Assembly: GCF_006345805.1 (NCBI RefSeq) | Contig: NC_043007.1 | Span: 4,278,001 to 4,342,000, forward strand | From: Octopus sinensis | Lineage: Eukaryota | DNA: 64,000 nt | Direction: 5' to 3' | Translations under genes and position numbers: made by a program | Shown: one piece after another, positions 1 to 12,392 of the stretch | Layout of the letters: every line of letters starts with the position of its first letter | Position numbering within the stretch: the stretch's first letter is position 1 | Notes under the pieces: model-generated | Database searches by the model: none | What the model saw: only the letters and a program-made list of their open reading frames with translations | Told to the model about the DNA's origin: nothing

Positions 1-34
1 ATACTGAAAGAGTGAGCGTATCATGTATGGATGT

Positions 35-37
<3 letters not shown>

Positions 38-70
<33 letters not shown>

Positions 71-115
71 GTGTGTGTGTGTGTGTGTGCGTGTGTCTGT
101 GTGTGTGTGTGTGTG
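38..115. repeat. (TG)n microsatellite
   Basis: Direct dinucleotide run; source of the CVCV ORF at 23..220. Confidence 0.95.
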
Positions 116-119
116 CATT

Positions 120-315
120 CTGAGAGCAAGCCTGACCGGTTGATGAATATCTGCAGACATAGAAAAGTGGAGCTGGCAAAGAGGAAGTGCTGCAATGGTA
201 ATAGACTGTTGGATGGTTAACTGGAAGACAATGTCTTGAAATAAATAAATTAGAAAAAACAGCAGCAGAGATGAAACTGTTGGGAAGAATATTGTTTCAT
301 TTGGAAAAGGAGTAG

Positions 316-348
<33 letters not shown>

Positions 349-2170
349 AAGAGACGAATAAGAGGAAATTCTGGAAGCCATGTAAAATCTAAAAATTTGT
401 TTGAAGGAGAACTAAGAGAAAAATATATAAATAGGTGATTAATGGCTTATAGATAGAAGTTTAGAGAGAACTTAAGAGGGTTCTTGTGATGAAGATAGAA
501 CTAAGATCAGAAAAATATAACAACATAATTCTCAGAAATTGCAATATTTATTACTTTAGAAAAGAAAGAAATATTCTGAATGTCTGAAATGCAATAGAAA
601 CCCCCAAGATCCAAATTAAAAACAAAAATTGGAAGAACAACTAAGCAAGAATGAAGAGCAAATGATGGAAATTTAATGGATGGAAGAAAATAATCTATAT
701 AGAAATTGCTTTGGATAAGAATATACTAAGAATATTCAGTGGTAAAAGAGAGAAATGGTACCAAGTTGTACAGTGTTAGGAATGGAGAATGAGTATTTAT
801 AAAAATCTAATAATACATTGATGATTTAGGTGGTTACTGATACGAATTGAGAGAGACTTCTATCTGAACAGTAAACTAATAAGAACCGGTTGTGTGAAAG
901 AAAGAAATTAGAATTTGAAGAAATGAAAGATTGCTGTGATTACAAGTGTTGCCTAGATAAAACCATTACTTCTGCAAGACAAGTGTAACTTTAATAGATA
1001 ATAGATAAAAATGATATGGATCTTCGATATGGGAAAACAATCTAGAATGTGAAGAGCTATTGATACTCTTATCAGATAAAGGAGTAGAAGAGTCAAAATT
1101 ACATTGAAGATTAACCACTCCTTTACATTAAGCACATTGGTACACGTTAAAGAGAGAAGCGAGGAAATTTTAAATATTTATTTATTTGTCATGAGAAACA
1201 AAATGATTGAGTGAAAAGGGTACTAGATGCAAGAAAGTTATGGCTTAGTAGTACATCAGGAAGAAATGATGAGATACTGTAAACTGATGAAGTTGTTAAT
1301 TCATTGCTTACTCCAAGAGATTTATTGTCTCTAGGAAATGTGCTCAGTTCTGGTTATTAGTGTTTAATGAGCTAGAGACTGGACAACACAACTTTAGTGG
1401 TATGTTACTAAAACCTAGTTTTTGTTGTCTAGCCCCAGGCCAGCCCTGATCAGGTTGACTAATTATCACATCTTTTTAAGGTGGTAGGGTGTGGTTTAAA
1501 GGAGATTTGGATATTAATTTAACAGGTCAAGCAATTACATTGAGACTTCCTCACTGGTCCATAAAAACCTTATATTCTGTTAAGAGGAAGATTCATCTCT
1601 TATCTTACTTAGCAATACAGATACAAGAATTTACCTCCAACCTTATGTTTCTTTGAGGCTCCCGAAGGAATTAACTCTTGATGACCTTCTAAGATAAAAG
1701 GTTAAAATTATATAGAAAATTTAGTCGACCTTTGATTGGAGCCTCACCTACTTTGAAAAGAGGAAGCATGCACAGTTCAGTAATTCAGTCATTGTGAAGA
1801 AGAAACTGATTAAATAGATGAATATCAGGTGAGAGAATACAATCGCATCATAGGTAAAAGAAAATTTCAGTAAAATAGGAGAACCTAATCAGAATCTGAA
1901 TTTTATCTTATCTCGATTATCAGAAAACTAACAACATAGTTCTACAAGTTAACAGTTGGTAGCAAAATGTGTTAAAGAATGCCAGGAGGAGAGAAAATAT
2001 GATCTTTTGAAGGACTCTACTCAAAATATTAGTTATTCCCTCCATTCACATCACATAAACAGCTCAGGTGTTTGCTTTTAGCTGTAGATAAATTCAAGCT
2101 TTAAAATCTTAGGCATTGATGGCATTTCATTTTACTCCCAGGGCATGTCACTAAATCCTATTCTCTTACT
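120..2170 (+). mobile_element. Possible highly decayed LINE relic
   Basis: A-rich non-microsatellite sequence with many stops; aaaatcttaggcattgatggcatt at ~2103-2126 reads KILGIDGI, resembling the K(S/A)PGxDGI motif that precedes LINE RT domains. Weak. Confidence 0.25.
1424..1558 (+). mobile_element. Old ~200-bp interspersed repeat (family D, SINE-like), partial
   Basis: Motifs agccccagg(t/c)cagccctgatc and ggagatttgg..gctatttctagc recur at ~13020-13080(+), 13260-13440(-), 26520-26700(-), 29160-29340(+), 32910-33080(+), 42700-42800(-), 43400-43595(+), 44040-44255(-), 52370-52950(-). Confidence 0.7.
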
Positions 2171-3093
2171 ACACCTGATTCCACCAGAGTTTTCCGAATA
2201 TGATGCTTGTAAGTGATTAATATTTGTAGAGTAAAGAGAAATATTTCCTTTTGGTCTGCTCAACACTATAGCAACTCAGGTTACGTAAGAGGCACCAATG
2301 TGTGGCAAAAAAGAATACCAGAACCACCGATGGCACTCAAAGCATGTATTTAGTACTTGCTAGCTGACTAATATTACTGTACTTTGTGGCCACAGTCAAA
2401 TGAAGGAAACAAATATAAGAATAAGTTGGTTAAATATTTCTCCATATCAAGTGGGGTGCTGGTGGAAGCACTTATCAACTCAAGGTAACTGTGTCTCGGT
2501 TTTACCAAAGCTGATACTGTTTATTTATACTTGCTAGCTGATACTAATATTACTGTACTTTTCCTCCCAATCACATCTGAGAAATTTATTTGACATCTTC
2601 TATCAAAAGTCAAGAGACTTCATTAATTTTACAAGTTCTCTCAATCCACCAGTTTTAATGTACTGTACCTATTCATTTCTTAATACCATTACATATCCGT
2701 GTGACATGAATAGTAAGTGCAGTGATTTCATTAACTTCTTCCAGCATGACTGTGGCTTTCTTACCATAGGTTTAAACCATTGACAGTCAGGCTGTGTGTG
2801 CTCCAATGATATTTCTTCTACTACTTTGTCTCATCCTATAATCTGTTATACTTTTTAGTTGTGTGGCAATCACTAACCCTTTCAATTAGATTTTAAAACA
2901 GACTAAAGTACACACACAACACACACACATAACTATACTGTTGGTCATACATTTCAGTATGTCACCACTGTAATTGTAATTTGATCAATATGGTTAGTGA
3001 GTTCTGTTGGTGGAAATTACTGTTTTCTGTCTCAAATTAGTTATTATAATGTCTGTCATTTATATTGTAATCTTAACAATTAATTTCTAAGAT

Positions 3094-3615
3094 GCAGGCA
3101 TGGCTGTGTGGTAAGAAGCTTGCTTCTCAACCAAGTGGTTCCAGGTTCAGTCCTACTGCGTGACCTACCACATGGTTCCAGGTTCAGTCCCACTGCATAG
3201 CCTCAGGCCTACCAAAGCCTTGTGAGTGAATTTGGTAGATGGAAATTGAAAGAAGCCTGTCGTATGTGTGTGTGTGTGTGTGTGTATAAAAGCACCCATT
3301 ACTCTCTCAGAGTGGTTGGCGTTAAGAAGGGCATCCAGCTGTAGAAAACCATGCCATATCAGACTGGGGTCTGGTGCAGAACTTCCAGTGTGCCAGCCCT
3401 GGTCAAACCATCCAACCCATGCCTGCATGGACAATGGTCATTACATGATGATATATGTTTGTGTCTGTGTTTGTCCCACCACCATCACTTGACAACCGAT
3501 GTTGTAGTGTCCCTGTAAATACTAGGCTTACAAAGAATAAGTCCTTGGGTAGATTTCTTTAGATGACTAAAGGTGGTACTCCAGCATGGCCACAGTCAAA
3601 TGACTGAAACAAATA
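3094..3615 (+). mobile_element. tRNA-derived SINE (family A) with central microsatellite; duplicated B-box region and nested insertion
   Basis: A-box-like tggctgtgtggtaag, B-box-like ggttcagtccc (present twice), body ccaaagccttgtgagtg.atttggtaga.ggaaa, 3' end ccagcatggccacagtcaaatgactgaaacaa shared with about ten other copies in the window. Confidence 0.85.
3287..3452 (+). mobile_element. RTE-LINE 3' tail / RTE-tail SINE (family C) nested in SINE A
   Basis: aaaagcaccc...gtggttggcgtta.gaagggcatccagctgtagaaa...ccaacccatgc...(gat)n, the same sequence that ends the RTE copy at 10680-10920. Confidence 0.8.
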
Positions 3616-3959
3616 TAAGAATAAATTGGTTAAATATTTCTAGTGGAAGCACTTATCAACTCAAGGTAACTGTGTCTCGGCTTTACCAAAGCTGATACTG
3701 TTGGCTGCAACTCCCTAAAAGTTCTGCCAATCTTTCACCATAGATTGCTAAGTCATTTATCTAATTTGGAAGGATAAAAGGTGAAACTGGGTTTGGTGGA
3801 ATCTGAACACAGAGGACAGAAAGTTACAGCAAATGCTACAAAACATCCTAGCCAATACTCTCACAGCATTACCATTTTGTTGCCTTTATTTATCACGTAA
3901 GTTCCCAGAAATGAATTACTGTGCTTCATGAAATAATTAACATTTGTTTGTGTTTTTTT

Positions 3960-4650
3960 CACAAAAGCTGATTGTCTAATATGCCGGATTCTGATTGAAG
4001 TTTAGAGAAGTAGCTATCATTATAAAAGTTCTTTTGAAGTTTCAGGATCTAGTTTTAGTCATTGAAAAAGTCATTTTAGTCATTGAAAAAGTAGACTGAA
4101 AGAACTTTCAGAGATAGTAATTTTGTTGAAGTTGAGAGATGGATCAACTTGATTTACATCATTCAATGTTGTCTCTATAGTTTCTTGGATCAAATTCTGT
4201 GCTATTTGATTTTTCATTTTATTCCTCCAGGGTTGGGAGTATACTGACTGTACATTTCTCTTACAGTAAGTCACAAAATACGCTTAATCAAAAGAAATCA
4301 GTTTTAGACAGGTGAGGATCATAAATAGTATCTCCGGCTGGGATCAAGAGGAGGTGGCATGGATCATTCTTTTTGTTAGTTCAGTCTATTCTTTGTACTC
4401 ATCTTGCACGTATCAATGGTAGGTGATTGGTAAGGCTGGGCACAGTCAATTCTTATGTACATTACCTGTCATCGTAATCAAGCTGCAGCTTAATATAGCT
4501 TCCATAGTATTTAGTACTTCATGGCTATATTCCTGATTCAATGAAATGCCAGTCTATTACATGTTTTTCCCTTGAGTGTATCTGAATACTGCACTGAAAT
4601 TCTATGACATATTTGTCAGTTATTGAATGCTGTTGAGCAAAAGGTAAGCT
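3960..4650 (-). mobile_element. Possible decayed non-LTR retrotransposon fragment
   Basis: Minus-strand ORF 4080..4274 (SQPWRNKMK...ITISE) loosely resembles the pre-RT linker of RLE-type LINEs; minus strand is A-rich. Weak. Confidence 0.25.
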
Positions 4651-4716
4651 CATGGCAACTTGAGAATGGAATTTTATCTAATTGCCTACAAATATATAAA
4701 GCCTTATATACTCGTT

Positions 4717-5205
4717 ATGACTACCTGTTTGACAAGAGTACACCAGGCATATGCATCACAACCATATGTGCATGACATGGTGATCTCATATCCTGATAAA
4801 CAGTGCATGACTTTGCAGCTGTGGTCCAGTTAGAATTTTTTTCAGGTTGAGTGGCCCATCCAACTCAAAGGATCTTTGAATAAGGGTTGTTTAAGGATGT
4901 TGAATGAAACACCATGTTTCTAATGGTGAATTATTCAAACCCCAAAGAATTCCTCTCAACACATGGCTATGATGCTCCCCCACTACTTCTGCTCGTGATC
5001 AGAGATGCACATATCGTCAGCCACTAAGGGACATGCTCAACTGGTTAAGGTCAAACAACTGACAAGCAAATCTGTGGTATTGCGCAGAATATTTGTTGTA
5101 TTTGCCCATCTTTTATACCAAGACAAAACAATGTACATGATAACACTTCCAATCAGTTAAGATCAGAAGCTATAAGAGCCACTGCCTGGTACTGCATCAG
5201 GGCAT
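4717..5205. mobile_element. ~0.5-kb interspersed repeat (family E) abutting (TTA)n
   Basis: Near-identical second copy at 34540-35012 (e.g. gatcagagatgcacatat.gtcagccactaagggacatgctcaac). Confidence 0.8.
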
Positions 5206-5234
5206 TTATTACTATTATTAATATCATCTTAGCA

Positions 5235-5405
5235 TGGTGGGCAAAATGCTTACCAGTATTTCACCTGCCACCACATTCTGAGTGCAAATTCTGCTGGGGT
5301 TGACTTTGCTTTTCAACCCTTTGGGGGTCAATTAAATAAGTACCAGCTACACACTGGGGTTGATGTAATTAACTTAATCCCCTCCTCCAAGCTACCCTTG
5401 TAAAA
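5235..5405 (+). mobile_element. CORE-type tRNA-derived SINE (family B), decayed
   Basis: gttgactttgcttttca.ccc.t.ggggtc.a.taaataagtaccag resembles the CORE-SINE core domain; other copies are listed below. Confidence 0.7.
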
Positions 5406-5619
5406 ATTCGGAATCATCATCGTCATCATCATCATTGTAGTATGTCTTCTGGGTCTTCCTAGTCGTGAGTTCAAATCTTGTAAGAGCCTGGTTTGTTTTT
5501 CCTCCCTCTGGCGCCAGGTCATTGAAATAAAGTGCCTTACAAATGCTGGAATCAAAACTATCAACTAATCCCCTCCCTCCCCTCAAAATTGTGTTCTTGT
5601 GCCTTCATTGGAAACAATT

Positions 5620-5739
5620 ATTACTCTTGTTGTTGTTATTGTTATGTATTTTCGTGTAGTTGTTGTCATGATAATTATTGTTTTAGTATAAATATTGTCA
5701 TTAGTGTATTTGCTATTGTTGTTGTAAAAATAGTATTAC

Positions 5740-5771
<32 letters not shown>

Positions 5772-6005
5772 GTAGTATTAGTAGTAGTAGTTGTAGTTTT
5801 TATCACTGCTTTTGTTTTACTGGCATAAGTGTTGTTTTTTTTTAATGGTGGTATTATTCTTGTTATCATAATAGTAGAAATAGTAGTAGTAGTAGTATAA
5901 GTAGTAGTAGTAGTAGTAGTAGTTGTTGTTGTTACTGCTGCTGTAGTAGCTGATGTTGTGGCTGATACCAATTGTTTCTGCTGCTGTAGTTGTTTCTGCT
6001 GCTAT
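5620..6005. repeat. Compound (TTA)/(GTA)/(GTT) microsatellite tract
   Basis: Direct trinucleotide runs; source of poly-T/N/L/V ORFs. Confidence 0.9.
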
Positions 6006-7279
6006 GTAAACTGATCTTCCATTAGTATATGTCCGATATGCTAATTGAATTTTATGACAGCATCAATTATTAAAGATATCTTTCTTTTCCTTTATCTTTT
6101 CTTCCTATCCTTACCTTTATCTCATGCTCCACCTCCATCCTGTCTACACTGTAACAAGTGGTGTTGATTGTTTTTTTTTTTTTTGGTGTAAAACACTAAA
6201 GTGCTCAATGTACCTTCACAGTAGTCGTTTATTTGTATATGCATGTATACATACATACATATGTATGTATGTATAAAATTTTAATTTTTACTTGTGTCAG
6301 TCTAAGGCCTTCGCTGATTGCTAAGTGGTGGGAGAAAAATATTCACATGTTTATATACACACAGACACACACACATATATGTATACATACAAATATATAC
6401 ATATATAAATACATACATACATACATAACATACATGCATACATAACATACATACATACATACATACATACATTCACTCATGCACAAGCACACCAGGCTTC
6501 TTTGCAGTTTTCTTCTACCGAATTCACTCGCAAAGCATCAGCTGACCTGGGGCTAAAGTAGGAGATACGAGTCCACGGTAACATACAGTAGAATTGACCC
6601 TGAAAACATGAAATGGTGACATGATGTTTACATTCCTTGTTGACACTACGACCCATTGCTCTGCATTTTTGAAGGCCAGTGGAATAAAAATTAAGATCCC
6701 TCAACTGAAAAATAGGTAAATACTTGCAATAGGAAGGGCATCCAGCCTTAAGACTCTGCTTTGAAATAGCCTCTGCCAAATCTATGCCAATATATTAGCA
6801 CCTGCTTTTTTTTCCATGCTGGCATAGGTTGGGAGGAAGCTGTTTTGAAGGAGTATTTTATGACCAGGAAAAATAGGTGCGTATATCTGTGTTAACATAC
6901 CTGTCATTGTTCTATCTTGCTGTCATCACTTATAGGCCTCTATCATCATACCTACCATCTCAGTCACATCGTGTTGCTTTGGATATACACACCTATTTCA
7001 GACTACTGAGTACTCCTGTCACATCACCCTTTATCACACATCCGTCTCATCACTGCCGTTCATGCTTTTTACTCTGCAAAGAGGCTGTCAAGTGAGCAGA
7101 GACACTTTAGGGTCCTTTATTCATATTAAGGACTTGATACCTTTCTGATGCCAGAATAATCTCTAAAACGGTTGGTGTTATGGTGGGCATCCATTCATAG
7201 AAAATGCAAATGTGATGAACTCACCTGACCTACCTATGTAAGCAGTAACTTTCTGTGTGTGTGTGTGTGTTTGTCATCA

Positions 7280-7620
7280 TCATCATAATCATCATCATCA
7301 TTTAATGTCCATGTTCCATGCTAGCATTAGTGGGACGGTACCACAAGAGCCAGCCAGGCCGAAGTCTGCACTAGACTTCTGTGACTGTTTAGGGAGGATT
7401 TTTATGGCTGGATGCCCTTCCTAACACCAACCACTCAGCAGAGTGGACTTAGTGCTTTTTATGTGGCACCAGCATGGGCAAGGTGAGTAGTGCCTTTAAT
7501 AAGGTACAAACACAAGTGAAGTCAGTTTTGGCAAGGGTTTTACAGCTGGATACTCTTCTGAACACTAACCACTTTACAGTATGGACCAGGTGCTTTTAAA
7601 TGGCACCTACATTGACAGGG
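7280..7620 (-). mobile_element. Family C (RTE tail), with internal repetition
   Basis: (cat)n...tttaatgtcc..ttccatgctagcat...gctggatgcccttcctaacaccaaccact is the reverse complement of the family C tail. Confidence 0.75.
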
Positions 7621-8118
7621 TCACCAAGTACTTGCGAGACAAAAACTTTTAAGAGGGGAGGAGGCCTTGGAGGAGGTGATGAGGAAAAGGCTATAGTGAG
7701 ACAGATACAGGTGTCTTGCTGTAGAGGAAGTACAAGGTTACCTGACCAGAGAGAGAAAGATCAGGAATGAAGACAGAAACAGGTGTGCTACCATAAAGAA
7801 AATACACAGTTGCCCAACCTGAGGGAAGTACAGGAGAAGGAGAGAGAGAGTGGGAGACCGCAAGATGGAAATGGTGACAAAATGCTGGGCATACTCACAG
7901 AGAACAGGGATCAGAGTATAAATCAGATGGTTGAGTAAAGGAAGATAGAGATGTAGATAGTGCCAAGTGCCAGGGCATACTCTTGAGGTTCAAATGCCAT
8001 AATATAAGTGACAGGATATTGCAAAGGAAGTGCAATTAAATTTATATATATATACATATAGTGTGACATCGCTCTCTTCCCCTGCTTTCTCTCTAAATGA
8101 ATATATATATATATATGA

Positions 8119-8544
8119 AATTAACTAAATAAGAGATGTGAGAGAAGTAATGTTTATTCCATTTGTTGACAGCTGTTTCATAATCTATGTCCAGTTACAT
8201 CACTGATGTTAAATTGCCCAATGCACATCTGAATATTCTCATAGATGCATAGATATAGATATATTTGTTCTGTAACAAATTACTCAATGAACAAATTACT
8301 CATCATTATCATGTTAAGGCAAGTGAGCATAGAGTTTAATGTTTACTTGTCATGATATAATTCCAATGAGTAATTTGTACAGTATGTCACAGCACAATTA
8401 TATCTATATTTGTGCATTTATATGTATATTTACACATGTGTTGGACAGTTTAGCATTGATAATATAACTGAACATAGATTACAAAACAACTGTGAACAAA
8501 TGGAATAAACATTTTCGTCTCTCACTTCTCTTATTTTATTAATT
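8119..8544. repeat. ~200-bp-arm fold-back palindrome in (TA)n, probably an inverted Penelope-like terminal repeat
   Basis: Left arm aaataagagatgtgagagaagtaatgtttattccatttgttgacagctgtttc pairs with right arm caaaacaactgtgaacaaatggaataaacattttcgtctctcacttctcttatttt. Confidence 0.8.
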
Positions 8545-8729
8545 ATTATATATTCTTCAATATTCTGATTCCTGGAGTTTCAGAATGATAGTGATGTTAT
8601 GGTCTGGCCTCAGCAATTGTTTTTGTTATGGCTGTGTACCAGGCAAAAAGCTGTTTTTTCTTTGTATCTCCATTCTTATTGTTCTGTATATTTATGTGTG
8701 TGTCTATATGTATATGTATATATGTATGT

Positions 8730-8770
<41 letters not shown>

Positions 8771-8856
8771 TATATGTATGTGTGTGTTTATATATGTACA
8801 TGTATGTATGTGTGTGTTTATATATGTATGTATGTACATGTATGTATATGTGTGCC

Positions 8857-8904
<48 letters not shown>

Positions 8905-10920
8905 GCCTTCCTCTTGTGAACCCAAGTGAGGGACCAGCTATTCCAGTTGACAGCAGCATGATAGATAAGGTAATTAAAGATATAAAGATAGGGAGGGGAG
9001 GGCCTGGTCTAGCAGGAGTCACTTTTGAGATGCTTAAGATATCTGGTAGAGTTGGATACAATCTAGTCCCCTGTAGAGTTAATGAGATTGTTTGGGAAGG
9101 CATAATCCCTAGTGATTGGTGCAGCAGTGTCATAGTCAGCTGCTACAAGGGCAAGAGAGATGCATTAGATTGAGGTTATTATAGAAGCTTCAAATTGCCA
9201 GACCAGGTGAGGAAAGTTGCACTGAATGCTATAGCCCAATTAATTACAAACAGAATTAAACGAGATAAAATACAGTTTGGTTTTGGCTTGGGGAGAAACA
9301 CCATGGATGTTGTTTTCATAGTCAGGCAACTGCAAGAGAAATATTTAACTAAGAACAAGTCATTGTACTTGGCATTTTTTGATCTAGAGAAAGTCTTTGA
9401 CAGAACACCTTGCTCGGTGATATGATGTTTCTGATGAAGCTGGGAATAGAAGACTGGCTTGTGAAAGCAGTACAGGCCATGTACGTGGAGGTTATTAGTA
9501 AGGTAAGAGTTGACCATAAGTACAGTGATGAATTTAGGGTACAGGCAGTTTGGTCCTCAGCCCCTCTTATTCATCATCATCTTTCAGGCCGTAGCAGAGG
9601 AATTCAAAACTGGAAACCCATGGGAACTCCTGTTTGCTGATGATTTTGCCCTTGTAGCAGAATCTGTAACAGAAATTCCAGGTATGGAAACAGAGCCTGG
9701 AATCCAAAAGTCTTAAAGTAAACTTAGAAAAGACCAAGGTCGTAGTAGGCAAGAAATCAGACAGGACTCGTCACCCTACCAGTAAATGGCACTGCTTGAT
9801 AAGTAGGAAGGGTGTAGGCAAAAATTTCTTTAGGTTCACCCAATGTAAGATATGGACACACAAGAGGGGCAGTGTAAAAGTAGGAAGGTTAACAGAGAAA
9901 GTAGCGTTAGCATGTGGAAGATGTATAGGAGCCATTAAGATCATAGATGCATAGGGAACTGATTTCCTGAAATGTTCTGGTGGCTCCCGGGAAGTTGTAG
10001 ATAATTTCTGGTATGTTGGTGGCCTAATTAGCAGTAGAGGAGGTTGTAAAGTAAGTGTAATTGCTAGAAGAAGAATAGGATGAAGAAATTTTCGAGAACT
10101 TTTACCTCTGTTGGCAGCTAAAGGTCTCTCTCTTTCTGTCTCTTCCAGTGAAGGGAAAATTGCATGATGCATGTGTATGAACTGCGATGCTGCAGGGTAA
10201 TGAAATCTGGGCCCTGAATGCAGAGGACAGGTGAAGGCTGGCGAGCAATGAAGCTGGTATGTTCCACTGGATGTGTGATGTCAGTATTCATGTGTAACAA
10301 AGCACCGATGTATTGAAAGAGAAATTGAGCATAAGAGGAATTATATGCAGTGTGCAAGAGAGGAGACTGCACTGGTATGGTCATGAGATGCAGATGGATG
10401 AGGACAGTTGCATTAAGAAGTGTTGATCACTTCAAATGGAAGGAAGTTGTGGAAGAGACCCTGGAAGAAAGTGGAAGGAAGTTGTGGAAGAGGAAGACCC
10501 AGGAAGTTGTAGAAGAGAGAGACCCAGGAAGACTCGGGATGAAGTATTGAAGACTGATTTCAAAACACTGAGCCTTACAAAGGAAATAACTGAGGACTGA
10601 GATAAATGGTGCATCTCTGTACTCAAGAAGATCCACCCACCACAATAGCAGTGCAATCCTAAAAGCAATGTGCCACATAAAAAATATTGGCATTGGTGCG
10701 ATGTAAAATGTGCTGATGATGATGCCACAGGGAAAACATCCAGCATACTCTGTAAAGTGGTTGGTGTTAGGAAGAGCATCCAGCTGTAGAAACCAAGCGA
10801 AGGGCAGACTATGAGACTTGGTGTGGTTACTGATCTTGCCAGTTCCTGTCAAGTCATCCAACCCATGCCAGCATGGAAAACAGACGTTTAACGTTGATGA
10901 TTAGGATGATGATGATGATG
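8905..10920 (+). mobile_element. RTE-clade LINE, 5'-truncated and frameshifted RT pseudogene with 3' UTR and (GAT)n tail
   Basis: Peptides IPSDWCSSVIVSCYKGKRDALD, QFGFGLGRNTMDVVFIVRQLQEKYL..LYLAFFDLEKVFDR and PWELLFADDFALVAES are RT motifs; many stops and frameshifts. Confidence 0.92.
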
Positions 10921-10937
10921 ATATGTATATATATTTA

Positions 10938-11193
<256 letters not shown>

Positions 11194-12147
11194 TTCATTC
11201 AATCATGTGTCTAAGACATCACATTTCTGGCTATTTTGCTTAATATCTGTAAGTGTTGCATTAGGCAGATATAAGTAGCTACTTTTTGGTCTGTAGGAAT
11301 ATCTGGGTTTGCAGTTTCAAAAAGATTCCAGCTGATAGGGATGTTATTGGCTTTTTTCCCTTTTGCATTGTGGTTGGATTTTTGGGTCTATATGTATAGA
11401 AAGATTAAGGTGTGTAATAGATATGTTATCCTCTTTGTTTTCAGTGAAAGAAAGGAAGTAAAGTAGAAAGCATACAAAAGGAGTAAAAGAGAAATGGGAA
11501 AAGGGTTCAAAAAAAAAAGGGGGAAAAAAGGAAATTGTCAGCAAGAATCAAATGAACTAATCAAAATGGGTGGCTTTATAATATTAAGAGTAATATGATA
11601 TTATCTTTCTCACTGTGATAGAAAGATAGACAGACAGACAGATAAATAGATAGATAGATAGATAGATATGTATACATATATGTATATATTTATACATACA
11701 TGTGATTTCCATGGTGATGGCAACTATTACAAGAGAGATAATCATTCTCTCACAACATGAGGTGAGATTAGAAATTCAAATTTGAAATTAAGGAAATTCA
11801 AGTTAAATGATGCCTATTTAATTTTTTTCCTTTTGTTTACCTAAAAATGCAACATGTCCAGTTTTAGCTAAAAATGCAACATGTCCAGTTTGAGTACATT
11901 ATGAAGTGGTTACAATTTATAGCTGGTGGTAATCATGTCTAGCACTATTTCATTCTTTTAGAAATCCTCAGCATGATATAACTTGTAACATATGAATTAA
12001 ATATTATTTTATGAAGAGATGTATTTCATCAATAATTAGAATAATTACTATTTGGAGGAAACTCAATGAATATACTTTTTTTCCCTTTTCTTCTCTTTGT
12101 CATCCCTAATTCAACTCACAAAATATTTACTAACCCAACTTTATTCT

Positions 12148-12392
12148 CTTTTACTCTTTTACTTGTTTCAGTCATTTGACTGTGGCCATGCTAGAGCACC
12201 ACCTTTAGTTGAGCAAATTGACCCCAGGACTTATTCTTTGTAAGCCTAGTACTTATTCTATCAGTCTCTTTTGCCGAACCACTAAGTTATGGGGATGTGA
12301 ACACACCAGCATCGGTTGTTAAGTGATGTTGGGGGGGGGGGGGGCAAACACAGACACACAGACATACACACACATATACATATATATGTGTA
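12148..12392 (-). mobile_element. SINE family A, 3' half
   Basis: ttttacttgtttcagtcatttgactgtggccatgct...aaacacagacacac is the reverse complement of the family A 3' half. Confidence 0.85.

Noticed and set aside
3094-3200. tRNA-like A/B boxes here and at other SINE heads
   Set aside because: They continue into multicopy SINE bodies, and no complete cloverleaf is evident.
4231-4311. Strong plus-strand splice signals (ctccag|, |gtaagt, cag|gtgagg)
   Set aside because: They lie antisense to a probable A-rich LINE relic, which readily gives cryptic sites; the phase-1 frame has stops. Not excluded without RNA-seq.
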